Positions 9,101-18,020 are shown, numbered from the stretch's first letter. The stretch: DNA of 35,469 nt from an uncultured Pirellulales bacterium (GCA_964467205.1 CAYXPG010000002.1:1-35469), one strand, 5' to 3'. Translations and numbers: made by a program. Notes: generated from the letters alone by a model not told the origin.

Positions 9101-9919
9101 CTCGAACAGCTCAGCCGATATGTTTTTGAATTGAGACAAAGGAAACGAATTCAATTTGATTCGGCCAAGAGGAAATTGGGGCAGGGGCGGGCAAAAAACA
9201 AATTATTGCCAAAAGTGAAAGAGCGTTTGTCGTGGCGGTACGGATTTGAGGATTTGTCTGTTTTGCCGGCCAAGCGCTCGGTAACACAGTTGACTCATCT
9301 CGGCGACGAATATGTGAAAGCCGATTATTCCGGCGTACTCGCTCGAAAGCCAAAAGCGGTTTCGGCTGTTGATTTGGCCGAATCTGTTCAGAGTCGGCTT
9401 ATCGGAACTGTAACACATCTGGTAATTTCCAGACTTGACCTGACAAAACAAGTGAACAAAGAGGCAATCGACAAAACTGTGGGAAAACTTGTAGCTGCCG
9501 GGGCTATAGCCGAAGCTGTAGCGGAATATATCGACACCGGTTCAATAACGGCGTTTTTTGAAAGTAAACTGGGGCGGTTAGCTCTTGATGCTAATAATAC
9601 CGTATGGTGTGAGTGGCCTTTCACTTTTGCTCTGCCGGCTTGCGAATTTGCTGATTTGGGTAACGGGTCACGAGCGACGGGCGACGAGGCAATCGTCGTT
9701 CAGGGTATAGTCGATATGCTGGTCAAAACGCCGGATGGTTTGCTGATAATAGATTTCAAAACCGATAGTGTAACAACCGAGCAGGCGAAAGAACGGGCGG
9801 AGCTTTATCGCGAGCAACTTGGGCTTTACGGCAGGGCGGCTGAGGCGATTCTCAACGATAAGCTCCTCGGCAAATGGGTGTATTTCCTAAGCTGCGCCGG
9901 TGCTGTCGAGGTCGAATAA
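6104..9919 (+). CDS. addA: ATP-dependent helicase/nuclease subunit A (UvrD/Rep-family helicase with a C-terminal RecB-type nuclease)
   Basis: Walker A ASAGTGKTAVL, motif II FVDEYQDINP, and C-terminal nuclease VQGIVDMLV...LLIIDFKTD. The ATG at 6104 overlaps the addB stop (6109-6111), which suggests translational coupling. Confidence 0.95.
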   Translation: MAEKKIKWTKQQQRAIEQRGSDVLVTASAGTGKTAVLSGRCVNILSDESICPDVLNMLVLTFTEAAAEQMHSRIAEQLKEAFLESGNRRFRHQLILLQGADISTIHSFCKRLITEYFYKIGIDPTFRVIDDDERGLLKAEVLEKTIEWAWRQGNLAEGMVQLFGRRDLRTSDGFAAKIISLSDFLDGVVSRQSWYERTLVLSEALNPFAGELGKKQKQIVAEELQSVLAQMRCVQEFCQKENADESWAQWLEENVVEIVLRCTEYLRSDDWQSCADEIRNFQRPRFNKPKSPDGPVAGMIRDTAKKAAVDFERLKGLAIINPDYLDRISGAVSGQVKMMVELVKKFDKLYSRAKQTVNCLDFADLEHYALKLLTREGDKEDELLPSETALALRRKYKYIFVDEYQDINPVQKEILAALSCEDNVFVVGDVKQSIYAFRGAEPKIFTEELKSATVEPKGSAEGLRVDLTANFRSNKSVLDFVNKLFGRIMTSSFADIDYDESARLRPAATERLKEASGSERRTAVELHILDDEIKDAEQKDESAEDDNSGSDKGSATIFDGSGVVSSRQRQAAMIAGRIREMVGADGGGAEFEIFDKQQGESREVEYRDIVILMRSPAKRVDDYVEVLRLAGIPIACEASSGYFEATEIRDLLSLLKVLDNPQRDIELAAVLRSPLFNISDSELAKIKIHRAEKTVGSADLKSKEKKRKNFYDSVCDYCVSGSDVKLGERLKDVLARLEQWRTVGRRGNIAELIWQIYRETGYLFFVPALANGQVRRANLLRLHERAIQFEGFASSVGVPSLTRFVEFFEKLYEAGLDWSTAEEEAAAGNAVRIMSIHKSKGLEFPVVFLAELNSRFSRKDLQEDCIAEAGGGLGLRIIEGKTKTKVDSAAYQIIEKIKRKTALAEEMRILYVATTRARERLVLTASEKAKRCRDVICDGVMFGSGTVFDWQLSRCRSPLEWVLYGLSDKKVVHDGFGTGLSPEAGDDNLFDFKLYVSSELEQLSRYVFELRQRKRIQFDSAKRKLGQGRAKNKLLPKVKERLSWRYGFEDLSVLPAKRSVTQLTHLGDEYVKADYSGVLARKPKAVSAVDLAESVQSRLIGTVTHLVISRLDLTKQVNKEAIDKTVGKLVAAGAIAEAVAEYIDTGSITAFFESKLGRLALDANNTVWCEWPFTFALPACEFADLGNGSRATGDEAIVVQGIVDMLVKTPDGLLIIDFKTDSVTTEQAKERAELYREQLGLYGRAAEAILNDKLLGKWVYFLSCAGAVEVE

Positions 9920-9963
9920 GACCATAAGAAAATGAGACTTAGATAGGTGTTTTCTGTTTGTGC

Positions 9964-9991
9964 TTGTTTGCTGCAGGTGTGTTTGTATAAT
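9964..9991 (+). promoter_or_regulatory. Sigma-70-like promoter, TTGTTT-N16-TATAAT
   Basis: Perfect -10 TATAAT at 9986-9991 and a -35-like TTGTTT at 9964-9969, about 55 nt upstream of the 10045 start. Confidence 0.45.
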
Positions 9992-10044
9992 GGGTGTGAG
10001 TAAATTGATATTAGGGTCAAGCATTTAATGGAGAACAGATAAAG

Positions 10045-11256
10045 ATGGCGGCGGCACCGAAAGCGAACGCAGTAGTGGGCCAATCGGGCGGTCCGACGGG
10101 GACAATCAACGCATCATTGGCGGGCGTTATTGAAGAGGTCTCCAAAAGGAGCGAAATCGAAAACCTCTACGGTACAATCCACGCTGTCGAGGGAATCGTC
10201 AAGGAGGATTTCATCGATTTGAAAAGCCTGTCGGTGTCGGTTCTGGAAGGAGTTGCGAGCTGTCCTTCGGCGGCGCTTGGTTCGAGCCGTGATAAGCCGG
10301 ATGAGGAATATTGCAGGAAGATTTTTGACGTTTTTAAGAAACGCAATGTTCGGTACTTTTACTATATCGGTGGTAATGATTCAGCTAATGCCGCCCATAT
10401 AATCAATGTGATGGCGGCTGAAGTGGGTTATGAGATGCGAGCGTTTCATATTCCGAAGACCATCGATAATGATTTGTTAGTGACGGACCACTGTCCTGGT
10501 TACGGCAGTGCTGCGAAGTTTGTGGCCTGTGCCCTTATGGGAGATGATTTGGACAACCGTGCTCTGCCTGGTGTTAAGGTCGATGTGATAATGGGCAGGC
10601 ATGCGGGTTTTTTAGCCGGGGCGACGGCCTTAGGCAGGCAGAGGGATGATGACGGGCCTCACCTGATATATTTTCCCGAAAGAGAAGTTTCGATAGATAA
10701 ATTTCTCTGCGATGTTGAAGATGTTTATAAAAGGTTAGGTCGCTGTGTTGCAGCGGTAAGCGAGGGGATATGCGATGAGAACGGAGTTACCTGGACGGAA
10801 AGGCTGGTAAAGGAAAAGGAAGCCGATTCCCACGGTAATATTCAGCTTTCCGGTACAGGTATTTTGGCGGACTTTCTGGCCGGTCAAATCAAAGATAAAC
10901 TCGGTGCCAAACGTGTCAGGGCGGACACTTTGGGTTATATGCAAAGAAGCTTTGTCGGATTTCAATCTTCGGTAGATGTTGAAGAGGCCCGCAGGTGCGG
11001 TCGAGAAGCAGTTGGGTTTTCGATGGCCGAACAAAGCGGTTCGGTTGTGATGAACCGAACGGTCGAGGGGGAAAATTATGCGGTAGAGTTTTTGAGTACC
11101 GAGCTTCGCAATGTCGCCGAGAAGTCGAGGACGATGCCCGATGAGTTCATCAATTCGACCGGCAACGGTGTTACGGAGGCGTTTATTAAATATGCAATGC
11201 CTTTGACAGGCGGGCTGCCAAAGACACATTATTTAGGTAATTATCCCAAGGTCTAA
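10045..11256 (+). CDS. Phosphofructokinase-family enzyme, PPi-dependent-type features (atypical GGNDS motif)
   Basis: GQSGGPTGTINAS, IGGNDSANAA, PKTIDNDL and MGRHAGFLA are PFK (PF00365-type) motifs. Asp at the GGxD position and Lys in PKTIDND are the classic PPi-type signature. Confidence 0.88.
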   Translation: MAAAPKANAVVGQSGGPTGTINASLAGVIEEVSKRSEIENLYGTIHAVEGIVKEDFIDLKSLSVSVLEGVASCPSAALGSSRDKPDEEYCRKIFDVFKKRNVRYFYYIGGNDSANAAHIINVMAAEVGYEMRAFHIPKTIDNDLLVTDHCPGYGSAAKFVACALMGDDLDNRALPGVKVDVIMGRHAGFLAGATALGRQRDDDGPHLIYFPEREVSIDKFLCDVEDVYKRLGRCVAAVSEGICDENGVTWTERLVKEKEADSHGNIQLSGTGILADFLAGQIKDKLGAKRVRADTLGYMQRSFVGFQSSVDVEEARRCGREAVGFSMAEQSGSVVMNRTVEGENYAVEFLSTELRNVAEKSRTMPDEFINSTGNGVTEAFIKYAMPLTGGLPKTHYLGNYPKV

Positions 11257-11389
11257 GAAAGTTAGCCACGAAGACACAAATGCACGAATACCTATGACCT
11301 AAGGCCCAGGGGCACAGGTAAATTGGAAATTCAAAAAACAAATATAACTGCACCTTAGTGTTTTAGAGTTTTTGTGGCAAAAGATAAAA

Positions 11390-12814
11390 ATGATAAAGAC
11401 CAAGATAATCGCCACACTCGGTCCTTCGAGTAATGAGGCGGGGACAATTAAGGCCCTGATTGATAATGGTGTGGATGTGTTTCGTCTGAACTTTTCGCAC
11501 GGGACGCTCGATGAGCACGCTGAGCTGTTGGAGGTGCTGAGTTCAGTCCGCTCGGAGCACCATAATATGACGGCAGTGATAGGTGATTTGTGCGGGCCGA
11601 AGATACGCACGGGGCTTATTGAGCCGGAAGGTCAGATGTTGAATGCCGGCGCTGAGGTAAGTATTGTGTCCGGCGAGGAAGCAGGCATGGCAGAACGTTT
11701 CGGAACAAACTACGAACGTTTTACCGATGATGTAAATGTCGGCGACCGAGTTTTTATCGATGATGGTCAAATAGCTCTGGAGGCGATTGACCAGAAGGAC
11801 AATGAAACGATTTGCAGGGTTGTTGTTGGAGGGGCGCTTCGCAGTCGAAAGGGTATCAATCTGCCCGACTCGAAAATAAGCACACCGTCAATCACAGAAC
11901 GTGACTGGAAATGCGTTGATTGGGCGATTGAAAAGGAGCTGGATTTTCTGGCATTGAGCTTCGTACGGTCGGCTGATGGGATTAAGGAGTTGAGAAACTA
12001 TCTGAGTAAGGCAGGTGCAGATATTAAGATAATCGCCAAGATTGAAACACCCCAGGCGCTGGAGCATCTGGAAGAGATTGTTCGTGCGGCGGACGCTGTA
12101 CTGGTTGCCCGCGGGGACCTGGGAGTTGAGATGGATTTGGCTTTAGTTCCGCTCATTCAGAAGCGCATTACACAGATGTGCCGGGATTTCGGCAGGCCGG
12201 TCGTGGTTGCTACACAAATGCTGCAAAGTATGATAGAAAAGCCCACAGCCACCCGTGCCGAGGTCTCAGATGTTGCCAATGCGATTATGGACTTTGCCGA
12301 TGCTGTTATGCTTTCGGGCGAGACTGCTGTTGGTAAATACCCGCTGGAAGCTGTACAGACCATTGAGCGGATTGCACGTGTAACAGAAAGCTACCTCGAG
12401 GAGAACGTCAATGTTCATCCCAAAAGTGCGACTGTAGATGAATTAGTTCAGACGGCGTCAATGGCACAGAGTGTCGGTCAAATTGTCGATGATATCGGCG
12501 CTAAACTTGTTGCGGTCTGGTCTCAGGGCGGCTCGTCGGCGCGGCTGCTCAGTAAGGCGCGGATAGACGCTCCGATTCTGGCGTTGAGTTCCGATGAGCG
12601 TACGAGCCGTCAGATGTGTCTGGATTATGGTGTAATACCGCTTTGTCGGCCGATTCCGGAAAATATCGAGGAGTTTACTCGTGTGGTTGAGGAGCTGATT
12701 ATCAGCAGCAGATGGGCCCAGGTGGGTGAAAAAATTGTCCTTGTGGCGGGTCGGCCCCTCGGTGCAGCCGGCACAACCAATGCTATCATAGTTCATAACA
12801 TTACGGCCGGGTGA
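11390..12814 (+). CDS. pyk: Pyruvate kinase
   Basis: KIIATLGPSS, RLNFSHG, IIAKIE, VARGDLGVE, ATQMLQSM and MLSGETAVGKYP. The ATG at 11390 gives the canonical MIKTKIIATLGP N-terminus; the ORF-track TTG at 11372 is less likely. Confidence 0.95.
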   Translation: MIKTKIIATLGPSSNEAGTIKALIDNGVDVFRLNFSHGTLDEHAELLEVLSSVRSEHHNMTAVIGDLCGPKIRTGLIEPEGQMLNAGAEVSIVSGEEAGMAERFGTNYERFTDDVNVGDRVFIDDGQIALEAIDQKDNETICRVVVGGALRSRKGINLPDSKISTPSITERDWKCVDWAIEKELDFLALSFVRSADGIKELRNYLSKAGADIKIIAKIETPQALEHLEEIVRAADAVLVARGDLGVEMDLALVPLIQKRITQMCRDFGRPVVVATQMLQSMIEKPTATRAEVSDVANAIMDFADAVMLSGETAVGKYPLEAVQTIERIARVTESYLEENVNVHPKSATVDELVQTASMAQSVGQIVDDIGAKLVAVWSQGGSSARLLSKARIDAPILALSSDERTSRQMCLDYGVIPLCRPIPENIEEFTRVVEELIISSRWAQVGEKIVLVAGRPLGAAGTTNAIIVHNITAG

Positions 12815-12922
12815 CAGAGAAAAAATAAAACTTATTTTAGAAAAATTGGCATTTGGCAAATTAACGAGTATTTTTATAGGTTTTATACCGGCAGGAAGTT
12901 AAAGCCGCCGGTATTGCAGACC

Positions 12923-12963
12923 GATTTCGATTTTCGATTTTCGACTTTCGATTTTCGATTGCC
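12923..12963. repeat. Heptamer tandem repeat (GATTTTC) x~6, ending in a palindrome cgattg-c-caatcg
   Basis: gatttc gattttc gattttc gactttc gattttc gattgcc. It is followed by two copies of CAATCGGC (12963-12970 and 12977-12984). Confidence 0.95.
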
Positions 12964-13010
12964 AATCGGCGCTTGACAATCGGCTGCTATTTACTGAAAG
13001 AGCGATAAAA

Positions 13011-14330
13011 ATGGAAAAGCTTGATTTTACAATTGGGGTGCTGGGTAAACGGGCGGTTCAGTCACCGATATCGCTGTCAAAGGAAATGGGCGATTACATA
13101 GCAAACTACACCGACGACAGCCAGTATATACAGTACGATATTGAAACCGGCCCTGATGCCCCCACACGGGGCTTTGGACGAAGTGAGCTTCTGGAGAAGG
13201 CAGGCCCTCGTGAGAAAATTTACTTTGAGCCGGCAAAGGTACATGCCGGTATTGTAACCTGTGGTGGGCTTTGCCCCGGGCTCAACGATGTGATACGTGC
13301 AATTGTTATGTGTCTTTGGTACCGTTACGGTGTAAAACAGATTTCCGGCGTCAGGTATGGGTACCGCGGTTTTCTTTCGGAGTTTGGTCTGCCGTTTATG
13401 AAACTTGCGCCTGAGAAAGTGCTGGATATTCATCACAGGGGCGGAACAATTCTCGGTTCGTCGCGCGGTTACGGCGAGCGCGTCAGCGAAATCGTTGACT
13501 TATTAGAACGTACGAAGATAAATGTGTTTTTCGTGATAGGCGGTGACGGGACACAAAGAGGCACTCTTGACATTTCAGAAGAGGCCCAGAAGCGTGGGCT
13601 TAAAATTGCCATAGTCGGAGTTCCTAAAACAATCGACAATGACCTGAGTTTCGTGCAGAGGTCGTTCGGCTTTGAAACGGCGGTATGCAAAGCGGTAGAT
13701 GTTGTTGCAAGTGCGCACGTCGAGGCAGAAGGTGCCATCAATGGTATAGGCATTGTCAAGGTGATGGGCAGGGAGTCGGGATTTATTGCGGCACATACGG
13801 CACTGGCCATTAACGATGTCAACTATGTGCTCATTCCGGAAGTGCCCTTCGACCTCGATGGTGAAAATGGATTGCTTGGGCATCTGGGAAGGAGATTTGA
13901 GCGACGTCATCATGCGGTGATTCTGGTGGCGGAAGGGGCGGGGCAGGACCTGATAGAAGGCTGCGAGAGAGTGGATGCTTCAGGTAATAAAAGACTGGGG
14001 GACATCGGCGTTTTTCTTAAGGATAAAATCAGCGCATACTTCAAAGCAAAAGGAGTTGAGATAAATCTGAAATATATCGACCCGAGCTACATTATCCGCA
14101 GTTCTCCGGCCAATGCAAACGACTCAATCTATTGTGCGAGACTGGGGACCAATGCGGTGCACGCTGCTATGGCGGGAAAGACCGAGCTTCTGGTCAGTCT
14201 TGTCAACAACCATATGGTCCACGTACCGATTCGATTAGCTGTTGCGAAGAAGAACATTATCAATCCGGATGGGGGGCTTTGGCGCAGCGTAGTCGAGGCG
14301 ACGGGCCAGCCGCTTCTGATGAAGAATTGA
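13011..14330 (+). CDS. pfkA: ATP-dependent 6-phosphofructokinase (long, plant/actinobacterial-like type)
   Basis: CGGLCPGLNDVIR, IGGDGTQRG (GGDG is the ATP-type signature), PKTIDNDL and MGRESGFIA. Confidence 0.92.
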   Translation: MEKLDFTIGVLGKRAVQSPISLSKEMGDYIANYTDDSQYIQYDIETGPDAPTRGFGRSELLEKAGPREKIYFEPAKVHAGIVTCGGLCPGLNDVIRAIVMCLWYRYGVKQISGVRYGYRGFLSEFGLPFMKLAPEKVLDIHHRGGTILGSSRGYGERVSEIVDLLERTKINVFFVIGGDGTQRGTLDISEEAQKRGLKIAIVGVPKTIDNDLSFVQRSFGFETAVCKAVDVVASAHVEAEGAINGIGIVKVMGRESGFIAAHTALAINDVNYVLIPEVPFDLDGENGLLGHLGRRFERRHHAVILVAEGAGQDLIEGCERVDASGNKRLGDIGVFLKDKISAYFKAKGVEINLKYIDPSYIIRSSPANANDSIYCARLGTNAVHAAMAGKTELLVSLVNNHMVHVPIRLAVAKKNIINPDGGLWRSVVEATGQPLLMKN

Positions 14331-14344
14331 ATCCTTTTATCTGT

Positions 14345-15268
14345 TTAATTAAATAGAGCTTCTACAAAGGTGTGGGGGTCGAACTCGGCGATGTCTGTTG
14401 GCTTTTCGCCGAGGCCGACAAACTTTACGGGAATATCAAGCTGGTCCTTAATGGCAATGACAATACCGCCGCGAGCGGTGCCGTCGAGCTTTGCTAAAAA
14501 TATGCCGGTAACGTTAATGGCCTGCGTGAACATTTTTGCCTGGGCGATTGCGTTTTGGCCGGTAGTTGCGTCGAGAATAAGTAATACCTCGTTAGGTGCA
14601 TCGGGGATTTTGCGGGCGACGACATCGCGAATTTTTGTAAGCTGTCTCATCAGGTCGGTCTGAGTATGCAGTCTTCCTGCGGTATCGAGGATTAGAAAGT
14701 CAGCGTTCCTTGCCAGTGCGGCTTCGCAGGCGTCAAAGGCGACGGCGGCAGGGTCGGAGCCGTGCTTTTGCTTTACGATTTGAACTCCGATACGCTCGGC
14801 CCAGATTGTAAGCTGCTCGGTAGCGGCGGCACGGTATGTATCGCAGGCGGCGACGATAACGTTTTTATTGTTTTGACTCAGTATATGGGCGAGCTTTGCG
14901 ATGCTTGTGGTTTTGCCGGAGCCGTTGACGCCGGCGACCAAAATGACGGTAGGGCCGGCCTCGGCCGGATGTAATTGTCTGTCTCGATGCGGCCAATAGC
15001 TTTTCATATGCTCCTTGAGGAACGGGATAACATCGTCTGTTGTTGCGATTTGCCTGCTGCGGAAGGCATCCCGCAGGTCAGTTATGAGCTTACCGGTAGT
15101 TTCTACGCCGATATCATCACTTATCAGTGTCTCTTCCAGCTCATCAAGCAGCTCGTCATCTAATTTTTTGCCCAGGCTCAGCACCGTGGAAAAGGAGTTG
15201 CTGATTTTGTCTCTGGTTTTTCCGAGCCGGTCTTTTAAGTATTCAGCCGTTTTAGTGAAAATGCCCAT
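14345..15268 (-). CDS. ftsY: Signal recognition particle receptor FtsY (NG domain only)
   Basis: GVNGSGKTTSIAKL, DTAGRLH and LAKLDGTARGG are SRP-GTPase motifs. At 307 aa there is no long acidic A-domain. Confidence 0.95.
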   Translation of the reverse strand: MGIFTKTAEYLKDRLGKTRDKISNSFSTVLSLGKKLDDELLDELEETLISDDIGVETTGKLITDLRDAFRSRQIATTDDVIPFLKEHMKSYWPHRDRQLHPAEAGPTVILVAGVNGSGKTTSIAKLAHILSQNNKNVIVAACDTYRAAATEQLTIWAERIGVQIVKQKHGSDPAAVAFDACEAALARNADFLILDTAGRLHTQTDLMRQLTKIRDVVARKIPDAPNEVLLILDATTGQNAIAQAKMFTQAINVTGIFLAKLDGTARGGIVIAIKDQLDIPVKFVGLGEKPTDIAEFDPHTFVEALFN

Positions 15269-15476
15269 AACTGCGTACCTTTAGGATAAAATCTTCTAAG
15301 GTGTAAGTTTCGCAGATACTTGCGAAAATATCAAGTAGATTCGGCGCATCGTTTTTTAACGGCCCGGCCGGCTATGCCTTGGCTGGTGAGATATTTTTAT
15401 TTGGCTGAAGATTTCTGCTGTTCTTTTTTTGTACCTGCACAATTTTTTATTTTTTGCCAAAAGGGGAATATTTTCT

Positions 15477-15505
15477 TTGACAAACCGGGCAAGTGCCGTT
15501 AGACT
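15477..15505 (+). promoter_or_regulatory. Sigma-70-like promoter, TTGACA-N17-TAGACT, upstream of dnaA
   Basis: Perfect -35 at 15477-15482 and TAGACT at 15500-15505. The predicted ~130-nt leader contains a 7-bp hairpin (acgaaag-ttgtgag-ctttcgt). Confidence 0.5.
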
Positions 15506-15640
15506 TTTTCTGCTGTTATTGCAAGGGAGAGTTTTGTTCAACGACGAAAGTTGTGAGCTTTCGTTTTGTGAAGAATACAGGCAAGGAAGTTTTAAGCGGG
15601 CGCTGTTTTTACAGCCTGGATATTTATAAAGGAGGGCCTT

Positions 15641-16960
15641 TTGGCGGCTCAGGAGGTTGAAAATATTTTCGCAGATATAGTAGAGCGTGCCAAAGCACTT
15701 GACCCTGCCAATACCCGCCAGTGGTTTGATGAATTAAGAGTTTTACATTTGAGTGGGGGTTCTCTCGGGATTGGCTGTCCGGATGAAGCGAGGGTTGAGT
15801 TTTTGCGAGACAACTGCAAAACCAGTTTCACTCGTGCCGCCCAGCAGATAACCGGCCACCTTGTCAGCGTAGATTTCAGCGTTGCCGCCGGCGAGAAGTT
15901 TACCGAAGTTCCTCAGGGGCGTGAACGAGGGTTTAAGGTTCATCCTGATTATACGTTTGATAATTTCGTAGTAGGGCCGAGCAACCGGCTCGCTCATGCA
16001 AGCTGTATAGCAGTAAGTCAATCGCCGGGTAATACCTACAATCCTCTTTTCATTTATGGTAACGTCGGTTTGGGTAAGACCCATCTTTTGCACGCAGTCT
16101 GTTGTGAGACCGGGCGAAGAAGCAATAAAACGGTGATACAATTTTTAAGCTGCGAAGAGTTCGTCAACCGATTCATCAGGGCGATAGAGGAAGGTAATCT
16201 GGCCGGCTTTCAGAGCCAGTTTCGTACGGTCGATATTCTGGTAATCGATGATATACAGTTTTTGCGGGAACGTGAACATAGCCAGGAGGAATTTTTCCAT
16301 ACTTTTAACGCTTTGTACAACAACGGCAAGCAACTTATTCTCAGCGCCGATTGTGCTCCCAGCGAGATGCCGGGTCTTGAAGAGCGTCTTATCAGCAGAT
16401 TCAACTGGGGTCTTGTTGCTCGAATCGACTCGCCAACCTATGAGACAAGAGTTGCAATCGTGCAGAAAAAAGCTCATCTTCGGGGTCTTAGTGTTCCCGC
16501 TGAAGTGTCTGAATACATTGCCCGTAAAGTGCACGCAAATATCCGTGAGCTGGAGGGTGCATTGACAAGTATCTACGCGGTGGCAATTACTACGGGAGAG
16601 GAAATTACGCTTCAGTTGGCTAAAACGGCACTGGATGGACAACTCGAGTCGGCGGCAAGGTATATAAGTATCACGGATATTATCGAAGTGGTAACGAACC
16701 ATTTCGACGTTCGGCTTGCGGATTTGCAGAGCAAAAAACGCAGCCAAAGCATAACATTGCCTCGTCAGATTTGTATGTATCTGGCGAGGGATATGACGCG
16801 TCACAGTCTTGAGGAGATAGGGGGTCATCTGGGCGGACGAGACCATACAACCGTTATGCATGCCTGCAGCAAGATAGGCCAGGCCAAGGACAACGACCCA
16901 CAAATGCGTGTGCTGCTGGGGGAGCTGACAAAGCAAATCACACAATCACCGCAGGCCTAA
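15641..16960 (+). CDS. dnaA: Chromosomal replication initiator DnaA
   Basis: Walker A GNVGLGKTHLL, Walker B LVIDDIQFL, and the C-terminal DNA-binding signature ICMYLARDMTRHSLEEIGGHLGGRDHTTVMHA. A TTG start follows aaggagg. Confidence 0.95.
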   Translation: MAAQEVENIFADIVERAKALDPANTRQWFDELRVLHLSGGSLGIGCPDEARVEFLRDNCKTSFTRAAQQITGHLVSVDFSVAAGEKFTEVPQGRERGFKVHPDYTFDNFVVGPSNRLAHASCIAVSQSPGNTYNPLFIYGNVGLGKTHLLHAVCCETGRRSNKTVIQFLSCEEFVNRFIRAIEEGNLAGFQSQFRTVDILVIDDIQFLREREHSQEEFFHTFNALYNNGKQLILSADCAPSEMPGLEERLISRFNWGLVARIDSPTYETRVAIVQKKAHLRGLSVPAEVSEYIARKVHANIRELEGALTSIYAVAITTGEEITLQLAKTALDGQLESAARYISITDIIEVVTNHFDVRLADLQSKKRSQSITLPRQICMYLARDMTRHSLEEIGGHLGGRDHTTVMHACSKIGQAKDNDPQMRVLLGELTKQITQSPQA

Positions 16961-17000
16961 AGACCATAAATTAACAGAATTAGCAACAGATGCGCATAAA

Positions 17001-17029
17001 AAAAGCTGTGAGAAGATTCACAGTTTTTC
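17001..17029. terminator. Bidirectional rho-independent terminator between dnaA and the convergent PEP-CTERM gene
   Basis: aaaaag-ctgtga-gaagat-tcacag-ttttt: a 6-bp stem flanked by an A-run and a T-run. Confidence 0.6.
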
Positions 17030-17052
17030 AATTGATAAGTTAAATCGCCGAC

Positions 17053-17745
17053 CTATTTTCTGCGCTTTCTCAGCAAGGCCAGAGCACCGAGTCCGAACAG
17101 ACATATCGTGGCCGGTTCAGGAACAGCGGCAACATTACGAACTTCAAAGACCATATCCTGAAAGTCTTCGTCGTTGCCTCCATTGTCCCAGCAAATCAAA
17201 TATGTGTCCTGAAAAGTTGGTATTGAGAATGTAACCATATGGTCTCTTGAATCCGAATTGAAAAGTTCTACGCTATAATATGTAGTACCATCACCGAGTA
17301 CCCAAATGAAAGCATCAGTGTCGGGCTCTACGTTGAATAAGGCATTTTCGCCGACGGTGTCAAGATAACCTCCAAAACCGTCATCCAACCATATAATAGG
17401 TGAGCCGGTTGTTTCACTCAATGAATAACCGAGCCAATGATAATCGGCGGCGTATATTGCCTGTACCTCAATAAAGCCGTCCATATCCAACCAAATCTGG
17501 TCTAATGAATCGTCTATACGGTTGTAATTTCCCGCCCCATAAAGTCTGTCGAGCAGGTCGTCAAACCCGTGTTCGCTTCCACCGTGGGCCCCGGGATCTG
17601 GATGTGTAGGCAGGCCGGCGTGCAGGTCCTCTTCACTGGCATGAGTTGTGTCATATACAGGAGTATATACCGCAGACACTGGCGCGTTCAGCACAAAAAC
17701 GACTAATACCGAAAGCAGTACAACTAGCTTTCCATCTCTCCTCAC
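17053..17745 (-). CDS. PEP-CTERM sorting-domain secreted protein
   Basis: N-terminal signal peptide (LVVLLSVLVVFVLNAPVSA). The C-terminus VPEPATICLFGLGALALLRKRRK is the PEP motif plus TM helix plus basic tail. GTG start with a gaggtga RBS. Confidence 0.85.
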   Translation of the reverse strand: MRRDGKLVVLLSVLVVFVLNAPVSAVYTPVYDTTHASEEDLHAGLPTHPDPGAHGGSEHGFDDLLDRLYGAGNYNRIDDSLDQIWLDMDGFIEVQAIYAADYHWLGYSLSETTGSPIIWLDDGFGGYLDTVGENALFNVEPDTDAFIWVLGDGTTYYSVELFNSDSRDHMVTFSIPTFQDTYLICWDNGGNDEDFQDMVFEVRNVAAVPEPATICLFGLGALALLRKRRK

Positions 17746-18020
17746 TTTTCTATCTCACCTCTTCATCATCACTCTCTCTTCAACTTTCCCATTGTAAGAA
17801 GCTCTTAAAAACCCTTCTTACACCCCTTTAACTTCAGGTGTATTATATATAGAACTGTCCGATAAAGTCAAGAAAAATCGCAAAATTTTTCATTTTTTTT
17901 TGTTAAAAAGGAAGAATTTTTACCGAAAGGGCTATTTTTGTGCCGAAACCGCATTATTAGGGTTGCTTATGATTAGCATAAGCACATTTAGCTTCACCAC
18001 TTTTTCAGGTGTAACGGGGG

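Noticed and set aside
12973-12978. Promoter for pfkA based on a perfect TTGACA
   Set aside because: No acceptable -10 hexamer lies 16-18 nt downstream (gaaaga or tgaaag). It is mentioned only as context for the repeat finding.
15269-15640. oriC in the ftsY-dnaA intergenic region
   Set aside because: Only isolated 2-mismatch DnaA-box-like 9-mers were found, with no cluster. It cannot be called an origin without GC-skew data.
16145-16945. 266-aa minus-strand ORF inside dnaA, and similar antisense or overlapping ORFs at 875-1393, 1558-2250, 2850-3488, 3406-4032, 4266-4883, 6173-6949, 10735-11229, 17932-18363 and 26739-27164
   Set aside because: All lie within genes that have strong family signatures on the other strand or frame. 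Their compositions are Arg/Ser/Cys-rich, typical of out-of-frame translation.
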